NCBI GenBank assembly: GCA_041687695.1
Contig: JAWLBL010000012.1
Span: 92,060 to 156,059, forward strand
From: Myxococcota bacterium
GTDB lineage: Bacteria; Myxococcota_A; UBA9042; PHBI01; JAWLBL01
Length of the DNA stretch: 64,000 nt
Direction: 5' to 3'
Of the stretch, positions 55,461-64,000 are shown one piece after another. The position numbers were made by a program, and so were the translations under genes. Position 1 is the stretch's first letter. Every line of letters begins with the position of its first letter. Below the pieces are notes generated by a model, which worked only from the letters and a program-made list of their open reading frames with translations, did no database searches and was not told where the DNA came from.

Positions 55461-55732
55461 ATGGAGATGACCGTCACCGAGCTCCGCAGCCGATTGGACT
55501 CCGTCCTCGACCAGGTCGCAGAGACGGGCGAGCCTGTCGAGATCGTGCACCGGGGGCGCAGGCTGCGTATCACGGTCGCCGAGTCGGCCCCAAGACGTTC
55601 GCGCTCGACCAGCTCACCCCTCATCCGGGCGCCTTCGTCGGCGATCTCGGCGACATCGTCTCGATGGACTGGTCCGACACGTGGCATGGCGCCGAAAGCA
55701 ATGCTCGGTCCGCAGGTTCCGACGAAGCATGA
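55461..55732 (+). pseudogene. Frameshifted Phd/YefM-type antitoxin with no adjacent toxin
   Basis: MTVTELRSRLDSVLDQVAETGEPVEIVHRGRRLRI, then LDQLTPHPGAFVGDLGDIVSMDWS continues in another frame near 55603. Confidence 0.65.
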
Positions 55733-55744
55733 GCCTCGTCTGGC

Positions 55745-56788
55745 TCAGCCCCCGCCCGCCGCCAACACGGAGCCCAACGACTCGCCGGCCTGCGCCACCG
55801 GATAGAACTGCCGGACCCACTTGCGGTAGGCGCCCACCGGGCCGTCGCCGTCGGCCAGCGCGGGGCGTGGCAGGTGGACTTTGTGCTGCCAGATGGGAAG
55901 GTCCTGGGCGACGTCTTCGGCGTAGCTGACGATGCCCTTGTTGGCGATGCGCTCGGCCAGCCAGCCGCCCGGCAGCCAGAACAAGAGCGGGTGGATGTCC
56001 TTGGGCCGCAACCGTTTGTCGACGGCCATGGCGATGCGCAGGAGCACGCGCTCGGGGCCGACGGGCATGGGCAGCACCAGCTGGCGGGTGCGCAGGCCCA
56101 GGTTGCGGACCTCGACCTCGACCTGCGCGTAACCCAGTCCCTGCTGGTGGATGCGGATCTCGGCCTGGAGGCGCCCCTTGCCCGAGAAGCCGCGCGGCCG
56201 CGCAAAGCCGTAGCAAGCGTGCAGGAACGCGCCCTCGGCGCGCAAGGGCTCGCGCTCCACCACGTCCTCGTAGCCGTGCACGGCGGCGAAGTGGCCGATG
56301 TCGACCGAGTTCTCGGCGATCTCCTGGGGATGCCCCCGCAGGTCGAAGACGTGCTCGCGCCAGGCGGTCCAGCCCTCGGTGTCGGTCTCGGCGATTTCGA
56401 AGGCTGGTGACTCTCCGGCCGTGCCGTACCAGGCGAACACCAGGCCGTTGCGCTCGACCAGCGGCCAGGCCCGGCTGCGGGCGGCCGGCGGCACCTTCCG
56501 GCCGTACGGGGTCGACGCGCAGGCGCCGTCCACGTCGAAGCAGAAGCCGTGGAACGGACAGCGGAGGGTCTCGCCTTCGACCCGGCCGCCGACGCCCAGG
56601 TCGGCGCCCAGGTGCGGGCAGTACGCGTCCAGCAGCGCCGCCCGCCCCGACGCGGTGCGGAAGACGACCAGCTCGCGGCCGGCCAGGGTGCGCCGCCACA
56701 CCGCGCCGGGCGGCAGATCGGCGGACAGGCCCAGGCAATACCAGGACGACGGCACGGGCAGGCCGATGGCCGGCGGTGTGGGGCTCAT
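55745..56788 (-). CDS. Rieske non-heme iron oxygenase (Neverland/KshA-like)
   Basis: CPHLG..CPFH; ENSVDIGHFAAVH; QDLPIWQHK..DGPV..YRKW..QFY. Confidence 0.88.
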   Translation of the reverse strand: MSPTPPAIGLPVPSSWYCLGLSADLPPGAVWRRTLAGRELVVFRTASGRAALLDAYCPHLGADLGVGGRVEGETLRCPFHGFCFDVDGACASTPYGRKVPPAARSRAWPLVERNGLVFAWYGTAGESPAFEIAETDTEGWTAWREHVFDLRGHPQEIAENSVDIGHFAAVHGYEDVVEREPLRAEGAFLHACYGFARPRGFSGKGRLQAEIRIHQQGLGYAQVEVEVRNLGLRTRQLVLPMPVGPERVLLRIAMAVDKRLRPKDIHPLLFWLPGGWLAERIANKGIVSYAEDVAQDLPIWQHKVHLPRPALADGDGPVGAYRKWVRQFYPVAQAGESLGSVLAAGGG

Positions 56789-57789
56789 GGCATCCTCCTC
56801 GCGGGCGCTTCGAGCGGCTGGGCCACGGTCTCGCCTCCGCCTCGCGGCCGCAGCATGGCCCCGCCGCCGATGCCGACGTAGTCCAGCGCGGGGTTGCCGC
56901 TGGCCCAGGCGCGCTCGACCTGCTGCTGGCAGCGGTGCCACAGCTCCGGCCGATAGCCGAACCGGAACATCACCAGCAGCACGCCGTAGGGCATGAGCCG
57001 CGGCGACGCCCACCACTCGTCCAGCGTCCCCCACAGCGGAAACAGGCCGACCCGCAGCGCGCGCAGCGGGCGCGGCGTCGCGGTCTCGGCGCTGCGCAGG
57101 TACTCGCCGAACGTCAGCCAGCGCTCGCCTTCGACCGTTCGTGGCGGCAGCTTGGGCTCGGGGGCGTGCGACAGCGCCACCAGGAAGGCGCTGCCGGCCA
57201 TCCACAGCCACGGATCCAGCGCCAGCGGCAGCGCGGTCGACCCAGCACCGGGCGCCCCAGCCGGCAGCGCCCACGTGGCATACAGCAGGTTGGCACCGGC
57301 ATACAGCGCGCCGACGACCGGCACCATGGCCAAGAACCAGGCCCACAGCCGATGCTGCCACGCCATGGCCAGGTACCAGCCCAGCAGCAGCACGGCCAAC
57401 CCGGTCGAGCCGTTGAGCGAGCGCCAGTCCGGAGCCGCGACGTCGCCGCGCAGCCCCTCGACCGCGCAGGCGGCCACCAGCAGCCAGAAGGTCACCGCCG
57501 CCTGGAAGACGAAGTGCCCCGCACGCGCCGTGCGGGTCGTGTGGAAGACGCCGTACAGGAAGACCTGCAGATCGAAGCTGAGGAACGTCAGCTGCGTCAT
57601 CGGCGCCACCATCGCCATGCGCAGAAAGCGGCCGAGCGCCGGCCCCCTGCCGTCCTCCGGGGCGACCAGCCAGCTCGCGTGACGCAGCAGCCACCCGTGC
57701 TCGCCCGAGGGCGGCGCGAACAGCTCGGTCGGTCCGCCGGCGGCGTCAGGCTGCCAGGGCGAGGCGGCGGGGTCGAGAGGCTGGCTCAT
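56785..57789 (-). CDS. Membrane protein with Mpo1/DUF962-like His motifs (start may be 57801)
   Basis: YGVFHTTRTARAGH and LSHAPE; several TM helices; ATGA-coupled to the Rieske gene. Confidence 0.55.
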   Translation of the reverse strand: MSQPLDPAASPWQPDAAGGPTELFAPPSGEHGWLLRHASWLVAPEDGRGPALGRFLRMAMVAPMTQLTFLSFDLQVFLYGVFHTTRTARAGHFVFQAAVTFWLLVAACAVEGLRGDVAAPDWRSLNGSTGLAVLLLGWYLAMAWQHRLWAWFLAMVPVVGALYAGANLLYATWALPAGAPGAGSTALPLALDPWLWMAGSAFLVALSHAPEPKLPPRTVEGERWLTFGEYLRSAETATPRPLRALRVGLFPLWGTLDEWWASPRLMPYGVLLVMFRFGYRPELWHRCQQQVERAWASGNPALDYVGIGGGAMLRPRGGGETVAQPLEAPARRMP

Positions 57790-58007
57790 GGGGGGCTCCA
57801 TGCGAATCCGCTTTCGGACAGTCTCTGCCGCAACTCGCTGCCAAAGAAAAGCCCGGGTCGGGGTCCATGCGCCGGATGGCGGCGGCGCCTCGAGCGCGCG
57901 CAGGACGCATACCCGAGCGCGCGGGGCCGTCGCCGCGTCGACGTCGCCTCCGGTCACGACCACCCGCGTCACCTGCAGGTCGGCCCCGTACGCTTCGGCC
58001 AGCGCCA

Positions 58008-58132
58008 CCGTCATCCCCCGCGAGTACGACCTCCCCGCCTTCGTCGGCGTCGAGCACGCCTCCTGCCTCATCCGCGACGGCCAACGCCTCCGGGTCCACG
58101 GCACCGACGGCTTCGTCGAGCTCCTGGCCTGA
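58008..58132 (+). pseudogene. Diverged copy of the 3' end of rph
   Basis: Aligns to 54441-54558 with about 10 mismatches; reads VIPREYDLPAFVGVEHASCLIRDGQRLRVHGTDGFVELLA*. Confidence 0.85.
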
Positions 58133-58268
58133 TCCCCACCCGCCAGATGTGCCAGCCCCGCCGCGTCCTCCGCAACCGGGGGCTCGGTTTCGCCTCGCAG
58201 TGTGGTTGACCCCCACCGGCCGTTGGCCGATGCTCCTCGTGCAGCCAACAGCACGTCCGAGGGCTATC

Positions 58269-59459
58269 ATGCGGGTCAGCGTCATCGTTTCGATCGCCCT
58301 CCTCGGCTGTGGGGACATTCAGGTAGCGCCGCAGCACGAGACCGATGCGAAGGACGACGCGACCGCCCCGGTGAGCTGCGACGACACCGGGGCGTGCGTC
58401 TCCAAAGCGAGCTGCCTCGTCGGCACGTGCGACCAGGACACCAACACGTGCAGCTTCGCTCCCAAGGCGGGGACGTGCTTCGTGGACGGGGTCTGCGCCC
58501 AAGCCGGCCAGGAGCAGCTCGGCGACCGCTGCAAGCTCTGCGATCCCGAGACGATCGCCACGGCGTTCGTCAACCGAAAGTGCGACGGCGGCCAGGTGTG
58601 TAGCCCCTCGACCGGAACCTGCGAGCCCCCCGCCGACCCGGATGCCGCCGGGCAGGACGCCGATCCCCAACCCGACGTGGTCGAGGACGTGCACGACGAC
58701 GTGCTCGGAGATGTTACCGTGGGAGACGCCGAGCTCGACGGCGACGGCGGCCCCGTCGAGGACGCGGGCCCGGACGCCGTCGGCGCCCCTTGCACGCCCT
58801 TCACCGAAGACACTCCGCAGGCGTCCGGCTGTCCCACCGGGCTCTTCTGCATGCCCGACTCGCAGGACGCCAGCGTCGGAGCCTGCCACGCGCCGGGACC
58901 GGCCCCGCTGTACGCCGCCTGCGGCGGACCGAACGACTGCAGCGCCTTCCTCGTTTGCAGCGCAGGGTTCTGCAAGCACCTCTGCAACCCCGCGGACTCG
59001 TCCGTGGCCCCGCCGTGGGGCTGCGACGGGACCGAGACCTGCATGGGCCAGTTTTCTGGAGGCGTCGCGTCGGCCATCGGCGCCTGCGATCCGCTCTGTG
59101 ACCACGGCGCCACGCCCGCTTGTCCGAGTGGCCTCCTCTGTAAGCACAACACCATCACGGGGGCCGAGTTCGATTTCTGCGAACGCCCGGCCGCCGGCGC
59201 GCCCCTCGATGGCGGCGACGCGTGCGACCCCGTCGACGCGGCGGTGCAGAGGCCCTGTAACGACCACGGAACCCTCTGCATCGCGACGGGCGGGCCCGAC
59301 TCCGACACGGCGCTCTGCGTCGAGCTCTGCCGCGTTGCTGCCGGGACCTCCTTTGGCACTCCCAGCCCGGACTGCGAGAGCTCGGCCGACCTCTGCGCGG
59401 ACTTCTTCGGGCTCGCGTTCGGAGGCTGCTGCGGCAGCGGGATCGGTTGCCCCCGCTGA
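58269..59459 (+). CDS. Cys-rich myxobacterial-type lipoprotein
   Basis: Lipobox LLGC; many Cys modules; D/V-rich linker. Confidence 0.75.
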   Translation: MRVSVIVSIALLGCGDIQVAPQHETDAKDDATAPVSCDDTGACVSKASCLVGTCDQDTNTCSFAPKAGTCFVDGVCAQAGQEQLGDRCKLCDPETIATAFVNRKCDGGQVCSPSTGTCEPPADPDAAGQDADPQPDVVEDVHDDVLGDVTVGDAELDGDGGPVEDAGPDAVGAPCTPFTEDTPQASGCPTGLFCMPDSQDASVGACHAPGPAPLYAACGGPNDCSAFLVCSAGFCKHLCNPADSSVAPPWGCDGTETCMGQFSGGVASAIGACDPLCDHGATPACPSGLLCKHNTITGAEFDFCERPAAGAPLDGGDACDPVDAAVQRPCNDHGTLCIATGGPDSDTALCVELCRVAAGTSFGTPSPDCESSADLCADFFGLAFGGCCGSGIGCPR

Positions 59460-59792
59460 CGGCAGACGGCGAGCTCCAGTGCCCCCAGGGGGAGCGTTCA
59501 GAGTGGGCGGTTCGGGGCCATGAACGCAGGCCGCGAGGCCTCACTGCCAACCACCTCGTGGACGCGCGTTCCGCACCGAAGCCACCGCGCCGTGGCTTAC
59601 AGTGCTTGCGCTCTGGGATTGCCGGAGAGCGACGCATGCGCGGTCATCCCAATCATGTTGGCAGAGACACGCCTCTCGCCCAGGCCCAAAGGACCTCGCG
59701 ACGAGGGGGCGGGTGTCCCGAACGAGCCGCCACCGACCGCGCCGAACACCCCGAGGGTTCCTGGTCGGCGTGTGCGTCCGTCGTCTACCGCG

Positions 59793-60533
59793 TCAGAGCC
59801 AGCGGAAGGCGCGCGCGAGCTGGGCTCGGCCGTTGTCGTGGAACCAGCGGCCGTGGGCGAAGACGACGCGCTCGGGGTTCCAGGCGAGCATGCGGGCGAG
59901 GTCGGCGCGGGCTCGGCCGCGGCCGAGGAGGAAGGAGAGCTGGAGGTCGAGCGGGGTCTGGCCGTCTGGATGGGCCGCGGCGCCGAGGCGGACGAGCGGA
60001 CGGGCGAGGGGCGGGAGGCGGTCGAGCTCGTGGGCCTGGATGAGGTCGGTGAGCACGAGGGTGCGCGACGGCCGATGGAAGAAGACGACCTCGGCGAGGA
60101 GGGGGCTGCCGCGGAAGATGAGCTGGTCGACGTCGGCGGCCCAGGCGCCCGGGGGAGCGTCCTCGAGGTCGGCGTCGAAGGAGACCGCGACACCCTGGCT
60201 GGCGGCGCGGCGGCGGACGCCGGGAGAGGCCCAGGCGATGGCGTCGGGGAAGGCCTGCTGCCAGGCGGGGATGAAGGCGTAGTGGAGGCGATTGGGCGAG
60301 ACCAGGTGCGCGACCGGGCCGAGGGCGGAAATGGCGCCGAGGAGCTCGGGGACCGGCTCGCTCGGCGAGTGGAGGAGCAACGAGCCGTCACCCAGCCGGA
60401 TGACCGTCATGCGGGTGGTGAACGGAACTCCCAGGGGACCGACCGCCATGCGGATGACGCCGCCCTCGACGATCCAGACGTCCTCGGCGACGGGCCGGAG
60501 CGTGTGCGTGGGTGTGTACGGCGTGACGGGCAT
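59793..60533 (-). CDS. DUF4336 domain protein
   Basis: PFTTRMTVIRL..LHSP, VSPNRLH, EVVFFH..TLVLTDL, FAHG. Confidence 0.8.
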   Translation of the reverse strand: MPVTPYTPTHTLRPVAEDVWIVEGGVIRMAVGPLGVPFTTRMTVIRLGDGSLLLHSPSEPVPELLGAISALGPVAHLVSPNRLHYAFIPAWQQAFPDAIAWASPGVRRRAASQGVAVSFDADLEDAPPGAWAADVDQLIFRGSPLLAEVVFFHRPSRTLVLTDLIQAHELDRLPPLARPLVRLGAAAHPDGQTPLDLQLSFLLGRGRARADLARMLAWNPERVVFAHGRWFHDNGRAQLARAFRWL

Positions 60534-60703
60534 GAAAGCAGGTGCGGCGTCTTGCTGGGCGCGTTGGCGGACGTGGAGGGAGATCGGGAGACGCCGCGCC
60601 ATCGGCAACGGGTCCACGCGTTGATGACCTGGCGAGGTGAGCGCTCGATCTCCGGGCAAGCCCCCTCAGCCTCCACAGGCGCAGGGGCCCATCCCGCTCG
60701 AGA

Positions 60704-61048
60704 TCAGTCATCCTCCCTACAGGGCGGCGGCTCGGCGGCCGGCGCGTCGGAGGCCTCGGCCGCCTCCTGCGCGGCGCGGTGCGCGCGCATGGCCGCGCGG
60801 CGCTTGTTGCGCTTGCGGTTTCGCTCGGCGAGGCGCAAGTCGTCCAGGTAGAGCTGCTCCACCTTGCGCCGAGCCCAGTCGTTCTTGCGCAAGAAGGCGA
60901 GGCTGGACTTCACGCTCGGCTGGTTGCCGAAGCAGCGTAGCGGAACCCGCGCGGCCAGCCCCGGCCAGCCGTAGCGCTCCACCAGCGTCTCCAAGAGGGC
61001 CTGCAGCGTGACGCCATGGAGCGGATTGTTGGGTTGCTCGTCGCTCAC
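60704..61048 (-). CDS. VF530/DUF2132 family DNA-binding protein
   Basis: [37 protein letters not shown]. Confidence 0.88.
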   Translation of the reverse strand: MSDEQPNNPLHGVTLQALLETLVERYGWPGLAARVPLRCFGNQPSVKSSLAFLRKNDWARRKVEQLYLDDLRLAERNRKRNKRRAAMRAHRAAQEAAEASDAPAAEPPPCREDD

Positions 61049-61191
61049 GCGGCGGGACTATACATGGTCTGGGCACGTTCTGGACGCTCAGCGCAGCTCA
61101 TGAGTTTCTCCGCGTCCAAGGGACGCCACGGGCGGCCCTCTGGCAGAGCGATGCGCAGACTCGACGGCGTCAGCCGGAGAGGCCGACGGGC

Positions 61192-61638
61192 TCAGGCTGG
61201 GCGAGCGTCGCTGTAGAACTCGTCCAGGGTCATGACGCGCACCGGCAACCGACACTGGACCTGGAACTCGAGGATCTCGACCAGCTCGTCCATCAGCACT
61301 CGGTTGGTGCGGGTCGTGTGGTAGTGGGAGAGATTGGTCACGCGGTCTGGGATGGCGTCGCCCCAGGGCGGCTCGTTCCCGATGGCTTCGATCTCCCATA
61401 CCACCCGCTCCGACGACAGGGCCGCGAGCTCGTCGCGGATGGCCCGGGCATCGGCCAGGGCTTTGTCGGCAGCGTCGGGCTCCAGCCGCCCCTGGTACAG
61501 GTCGTTCATCAGCTCGGGGAACCGGGTGCCCCAGCCCTCGGGCTCCAGGTGGAAGCTGATGGTGGAGAAGAAGCTATGCAGCAGGGCTTGCGACCCCACC
61601 TCGGTGAAGATGTTGTCGATCTCCAGACCCACGGTCAT
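61192..61638 (-). CDS. Imm70-like immunity protein (orphan)
   Basis: VGL..EVG...LHSFFSTI...LE..WGTRFP.LM..LYQG..PPWGD; GGAGG SD. Confidence 0.75.
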   Translation of the reverse strand: MTVGLEIDNIFTEVGSQALLHSFFSTISFHLEPEGWGTRFPELMNDLYQGRLEPDAADKALADARAIRDELAALSSERVVWEIEAIGNEPPWGDAIPDRVTNLSHYHTTRTNRVLMDELVEILEFQVQCRLPVRVMTLDEFYSDARPA

Positions 61639-61860
61639 GCCGGCCTCCAGGGAACGAGCCCATCGGTGGCCCCTGATACCGCTCCCCCTCGGAACACGTC
61701 AATCCCCGCTAGCACCCACGCCCCCCGTAGCTTGCCCCCGAACTTCGACCCGGGTGCGGTCGTCCCTCCCTTGCCGGACGAAACCACCCCATGGGCGCTC
61801 ACGGCGGTATCCACCCAGCTCGAGCCCGCCCACGGGAGCTGCGCCCCTGGACCGAAAGCG

Positions 61861-63441
61861 CTAGCGCGCGAAGACCAGGACGCGCATCGGGACCTCGGCG
61901 ACGCCCTTCTTTGCGGAGACCTTTCCAAAGAGCTGGCGGCCCCGGAACTTCTCGGCCTCGGCTTGGAGCTGAGCGACGGGGCGGCGGCTCCAGTGGTCGG
62001 TGTTCCAGCCGAGCTCGGTGATGGCGACGGAGGTGGCGGCGCGGGGGTCCGCGATGGCGACGATGAGCACCTGCTTGGCCCCGCTCGGGATGTCGGGGGT
62101 GCCGTAGTAGACCACGGTGTACCGCATGTCGGCGACCAGCGAGGCCTCGAAGACCAGGTTGTCGTAGCCGTGCTGTTGGCGCGCGGCGTCGACCGCCATG
62201 TCCCGCGCGCGGCGGAGCACCTCGTCCGAGGACGCGTTGGCGTCGAGCGGCGCGTTGGCGGCCGCCTTGGCCGCCTCGGCGCGACGCCGCAGCTCCTCCT
62301 CGGGCGTCTCCCACGGGGTGCCGTCGTTGACGGGCAGCGCGCGCGCGCGCACCGGCCGCCCGGCGATGTCCAGGCCGCCCTGGGACCGCACCGAGAAGTG
62401 CGTCGCGATGACGACGGACTTCAGCCACTCGCCTATGGAGACCACCCGCAGCTTGGCGTCAAAGGCCTCGCGGCCCGTGAGGTCTGACCGGATGCGCACG
62501 GACCGCGCCGGGTCGCCCGCATACCTCGCCTGGGCCAGCGCCTCGACGAAGGCCTCGAGCGCGTCGGCGTTGGCGTCCCACTTCTTCTGCACGACCGCCG
62601 CGCGCTGCCAGACGAGCGCACCGGCCAACAGCAGGTCGACCGCGGCGTGGTAGTGCACGAGGGTGTTGCTCACGAACCGGTAGCGCCGATACGTGCGGCT
62701 GTCGTCCTCGAACGAAAGGACCTGCCCACTCGCAGGGTGCGGCGTGCCGGTGGCCAGCGCCGGCTCGAGATCCGCCAGGCGCAGGTACGCCTCGAAGACC
62801 TTCGGTCCGCCCTCCCCCTTCAGCGCCGCCAACACCCCCGTCAGGTGCGCCTTCAGCGGCTCCAGAGGCACCTTCTTGTAGGCCGCGACCCGGCGCTTGA
62901 TGGGCGTCTCCTCGATCTTCTTCACCTCGGCCGCGATGGCCGCGAGCGGCGCGTCCAGCTTCGCCAGCGCCTCCTGCTCGGCCGGCAGCCGCGTCAACAG
63001 CGGCTTCAGCAGGGCCGACACCCGCGCCACGCGCGCCAACGTCGCCTCGAGCTCGATCGTCACCATCGGGTGGTGCGCCGGGTCCTCGCTCTTCAGGTTC
63101 GCCAGCACCTGCGCGGGGCTGTCGACCGCGAAGGCCGCCCCCAGGCGCGCCCCCACGTCGGCCACGGTCCGCAGCGACACCGCCAGGAACTTGCCGCCCG
63201 GCGTCTCGTAGACGCCGTACTCGCTCCCGGGCTCCACCGCGGCGAGGACCGACTTGGTGGCGCCATGGGAGTCGTACTCGCGGTTGGCGAACGAGACGAA
63301 CGCCTTGGCCGACCACGCCGTCCGCTGCATGCGCCGGTCCACCTCGGCCGCCGCGGGCGCCGGCTGCGCGAGCCCGCCACGCGGCGCCACCGCGCCCATC
63401 ACCGCCACGAGCACCACGACCCCGGCCAGCCCCTTCGCCAT
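61861..63441 (-). CDS. Secreted hypothetical protein
   Basis: AGGAGAGG SD; signal peptide; high GC3; no family recognised. Confidence 0.7.
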   Translation of the reverse strand: MAKGLAGVVVLVAVMGAVAPRGGLAQPAPAAAEVDRRMQRTAWSAKAFVSFANREYDSHGATKSVLAAVEPGSEYGVYETPGGKFLAVSLRTVADVGARLGAAFAVDSPAQVLANLKSEDPAHHPMVTIELEATLARVARVSALLKPLLTRLPAEQEALAKLDAPLAAIAAEVKKIEETPIKRRVAAYKKVPLEPLKAHLTGVLAALKGEGGPKVFEAYLRLADLEPALATGTPHPASGQVLSFEDDSRTYRRYRFVSNTLVHYHAAVDLLLAGALVWQRAAVVQKKWDANADALEAFVEALAQARYAGDPARSVRIRSDLTGREAFDAKLRVVSIGEWLKSVVIATHFSVRSQGGLDIAGRPVRARALPVNDGTPWETPEEELRRRAEAAKAAANAPLDANASSDEVLRRARDMAVDAARQQHGYDNLVFEASLVADMRYTVVYYGTPDIPSGAKQVLIVAIADPRAATSVAITELGWNTDHWSRRPVAQLQAEAEKFRGRQLFGKVSAKKGVAEVPMRVLVFAR

Positions 63442-63521
63442 GACGCCTCTCCTGCGACCCGATGTGCCTGGCCACCTTCCAGGCCACGGCCGCTCGCTGT
63501 CAACCGCGGCTCCTGCGCGGA

Positions 63522-64000
63522 GGACACGTTACCGCGGAAACGTGTCCCTCGGGTCGGCAGGGTCGGCAGGCCGGCGGGTCGTTGAACGACGTTGCCGCGG
63601 AAGCGTGTCCCTCGGGTCGGCAGGCTGGCGGGTCGTTGAACGACGTTACCGCGGAAACGTGTCCCTCGGGTCGGCAGGCTGGCGGGTCGTTGAACGACGT
63701 TACCGCGGAAACGTGTCCCTCGGGTCGGCAGGGTCGGCAGGCCGGCGGGTCGTTGAACGACGTTGCCGCGGAAACGTGTCCCTCGGGTCGGCAGGCTGGC
63801 GGGTCGTTGAACGACGTTACCGCGGAAACGTGTCCCTCGGGTCGGCGGGCCGGCGGGTCGTTGAACGACGTTACCGCGGAAACGTGTCCCTCGGGTCGGC
63901 AGGGTCGGCAGGCCGGCGGGTCGTTGAACGACGTTACCGCGGAAACGTGTCCCTCGGGTCGACAGGGTCGGCAGGCCGGCGGGTCGTTGAACGACGTTAC
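63522..64000. repeat. Tandem array of at least 8 units of 54 or 63 bp with two palindromes per unit; runs off the window
   Basis: Unit ACGTTACCGCGGAAACGTGTCCCTC(GGGTCGGCA)1-2GGCYGGCGGGTCGTTGAACG; starts at 63526, 63589, 63643, 63697, 63760, 63814, 63868, 63931, 63994. Confidence 0.95.

Noticed and set aside
54441..58132. Diversity-generating retroelement TR/VR pair
   Set aside because: The mismatches are not adenine-specific and there is no reverse transcriptase
61635..61928. Toxin ORF upstream of the Imm70-like gene
   Set aside because: Poor codon bias, overlap with the upstream gene, and no recognisable nuclease motif
63499..63525. Fifth ECF promoter (GTCAACC) pointing into the terminal array
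   Set aside because: The -35 element matches but the -10 position reads AGGAC (2/5 match), which is too weak to call
63522..64000. CRISPR array or repeat-coded protein
   Set aside because: No unique spacers; some frames are open but have no start context or convincing codon bias

Overview
Very GC-rich (roughly 75% by eye) bacterial DNA. The Cys-rich lipoproteins, CotH kinase, DUF222-like HNH gene and Gly-rich RRM protein suggest Myxococcota or a related deltaproteobacterial lineage (inference). Main content: (1) an ECF sigma/anti-sigma envelope-stress regulon at 4.7-17.5 kb, marked by four exact copies of GTCAACC-N15-GTGTC, with two Spy/CpxP proteins fused to a 4-Cys module, a MacAB-TolC-type exporter, two DUF6515-like paralogs and a secreted 22-Cys metallothionein-like protein; (2) an HNH endonuclease preceded by four palindrome-bearing or short tandem arrays, interrupting that regulon; (3) a candidate metallopeptidase effector/immunity pair; (4) an RhlE-like DEAD-box helicase with no ATG/GTG/TTG start, probably initiating at ATC or ATT; (5) a double histidine kinase with an ethylene-receptor-like sensor domain; (6) a ~9.7 kb tightly coupled operon: pqqABCDE (pqqA is missed by the ORF track), a PQQ-dependent dehydrogenase, a selenocysteine formate dehydrogenase (UGA plus SECIS) and NrfD; (7) rifampin phosphotransferase, whose 3' end is repeated 3.5 kb downstream around a cargo block; (8) TA and immunity genes, and a further palindromic 54/63-bp tandem array running off the window end. 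I found no rRNA, tRNA or CRISPR array. All family assignments come from motif recognition by eye, not database searches.
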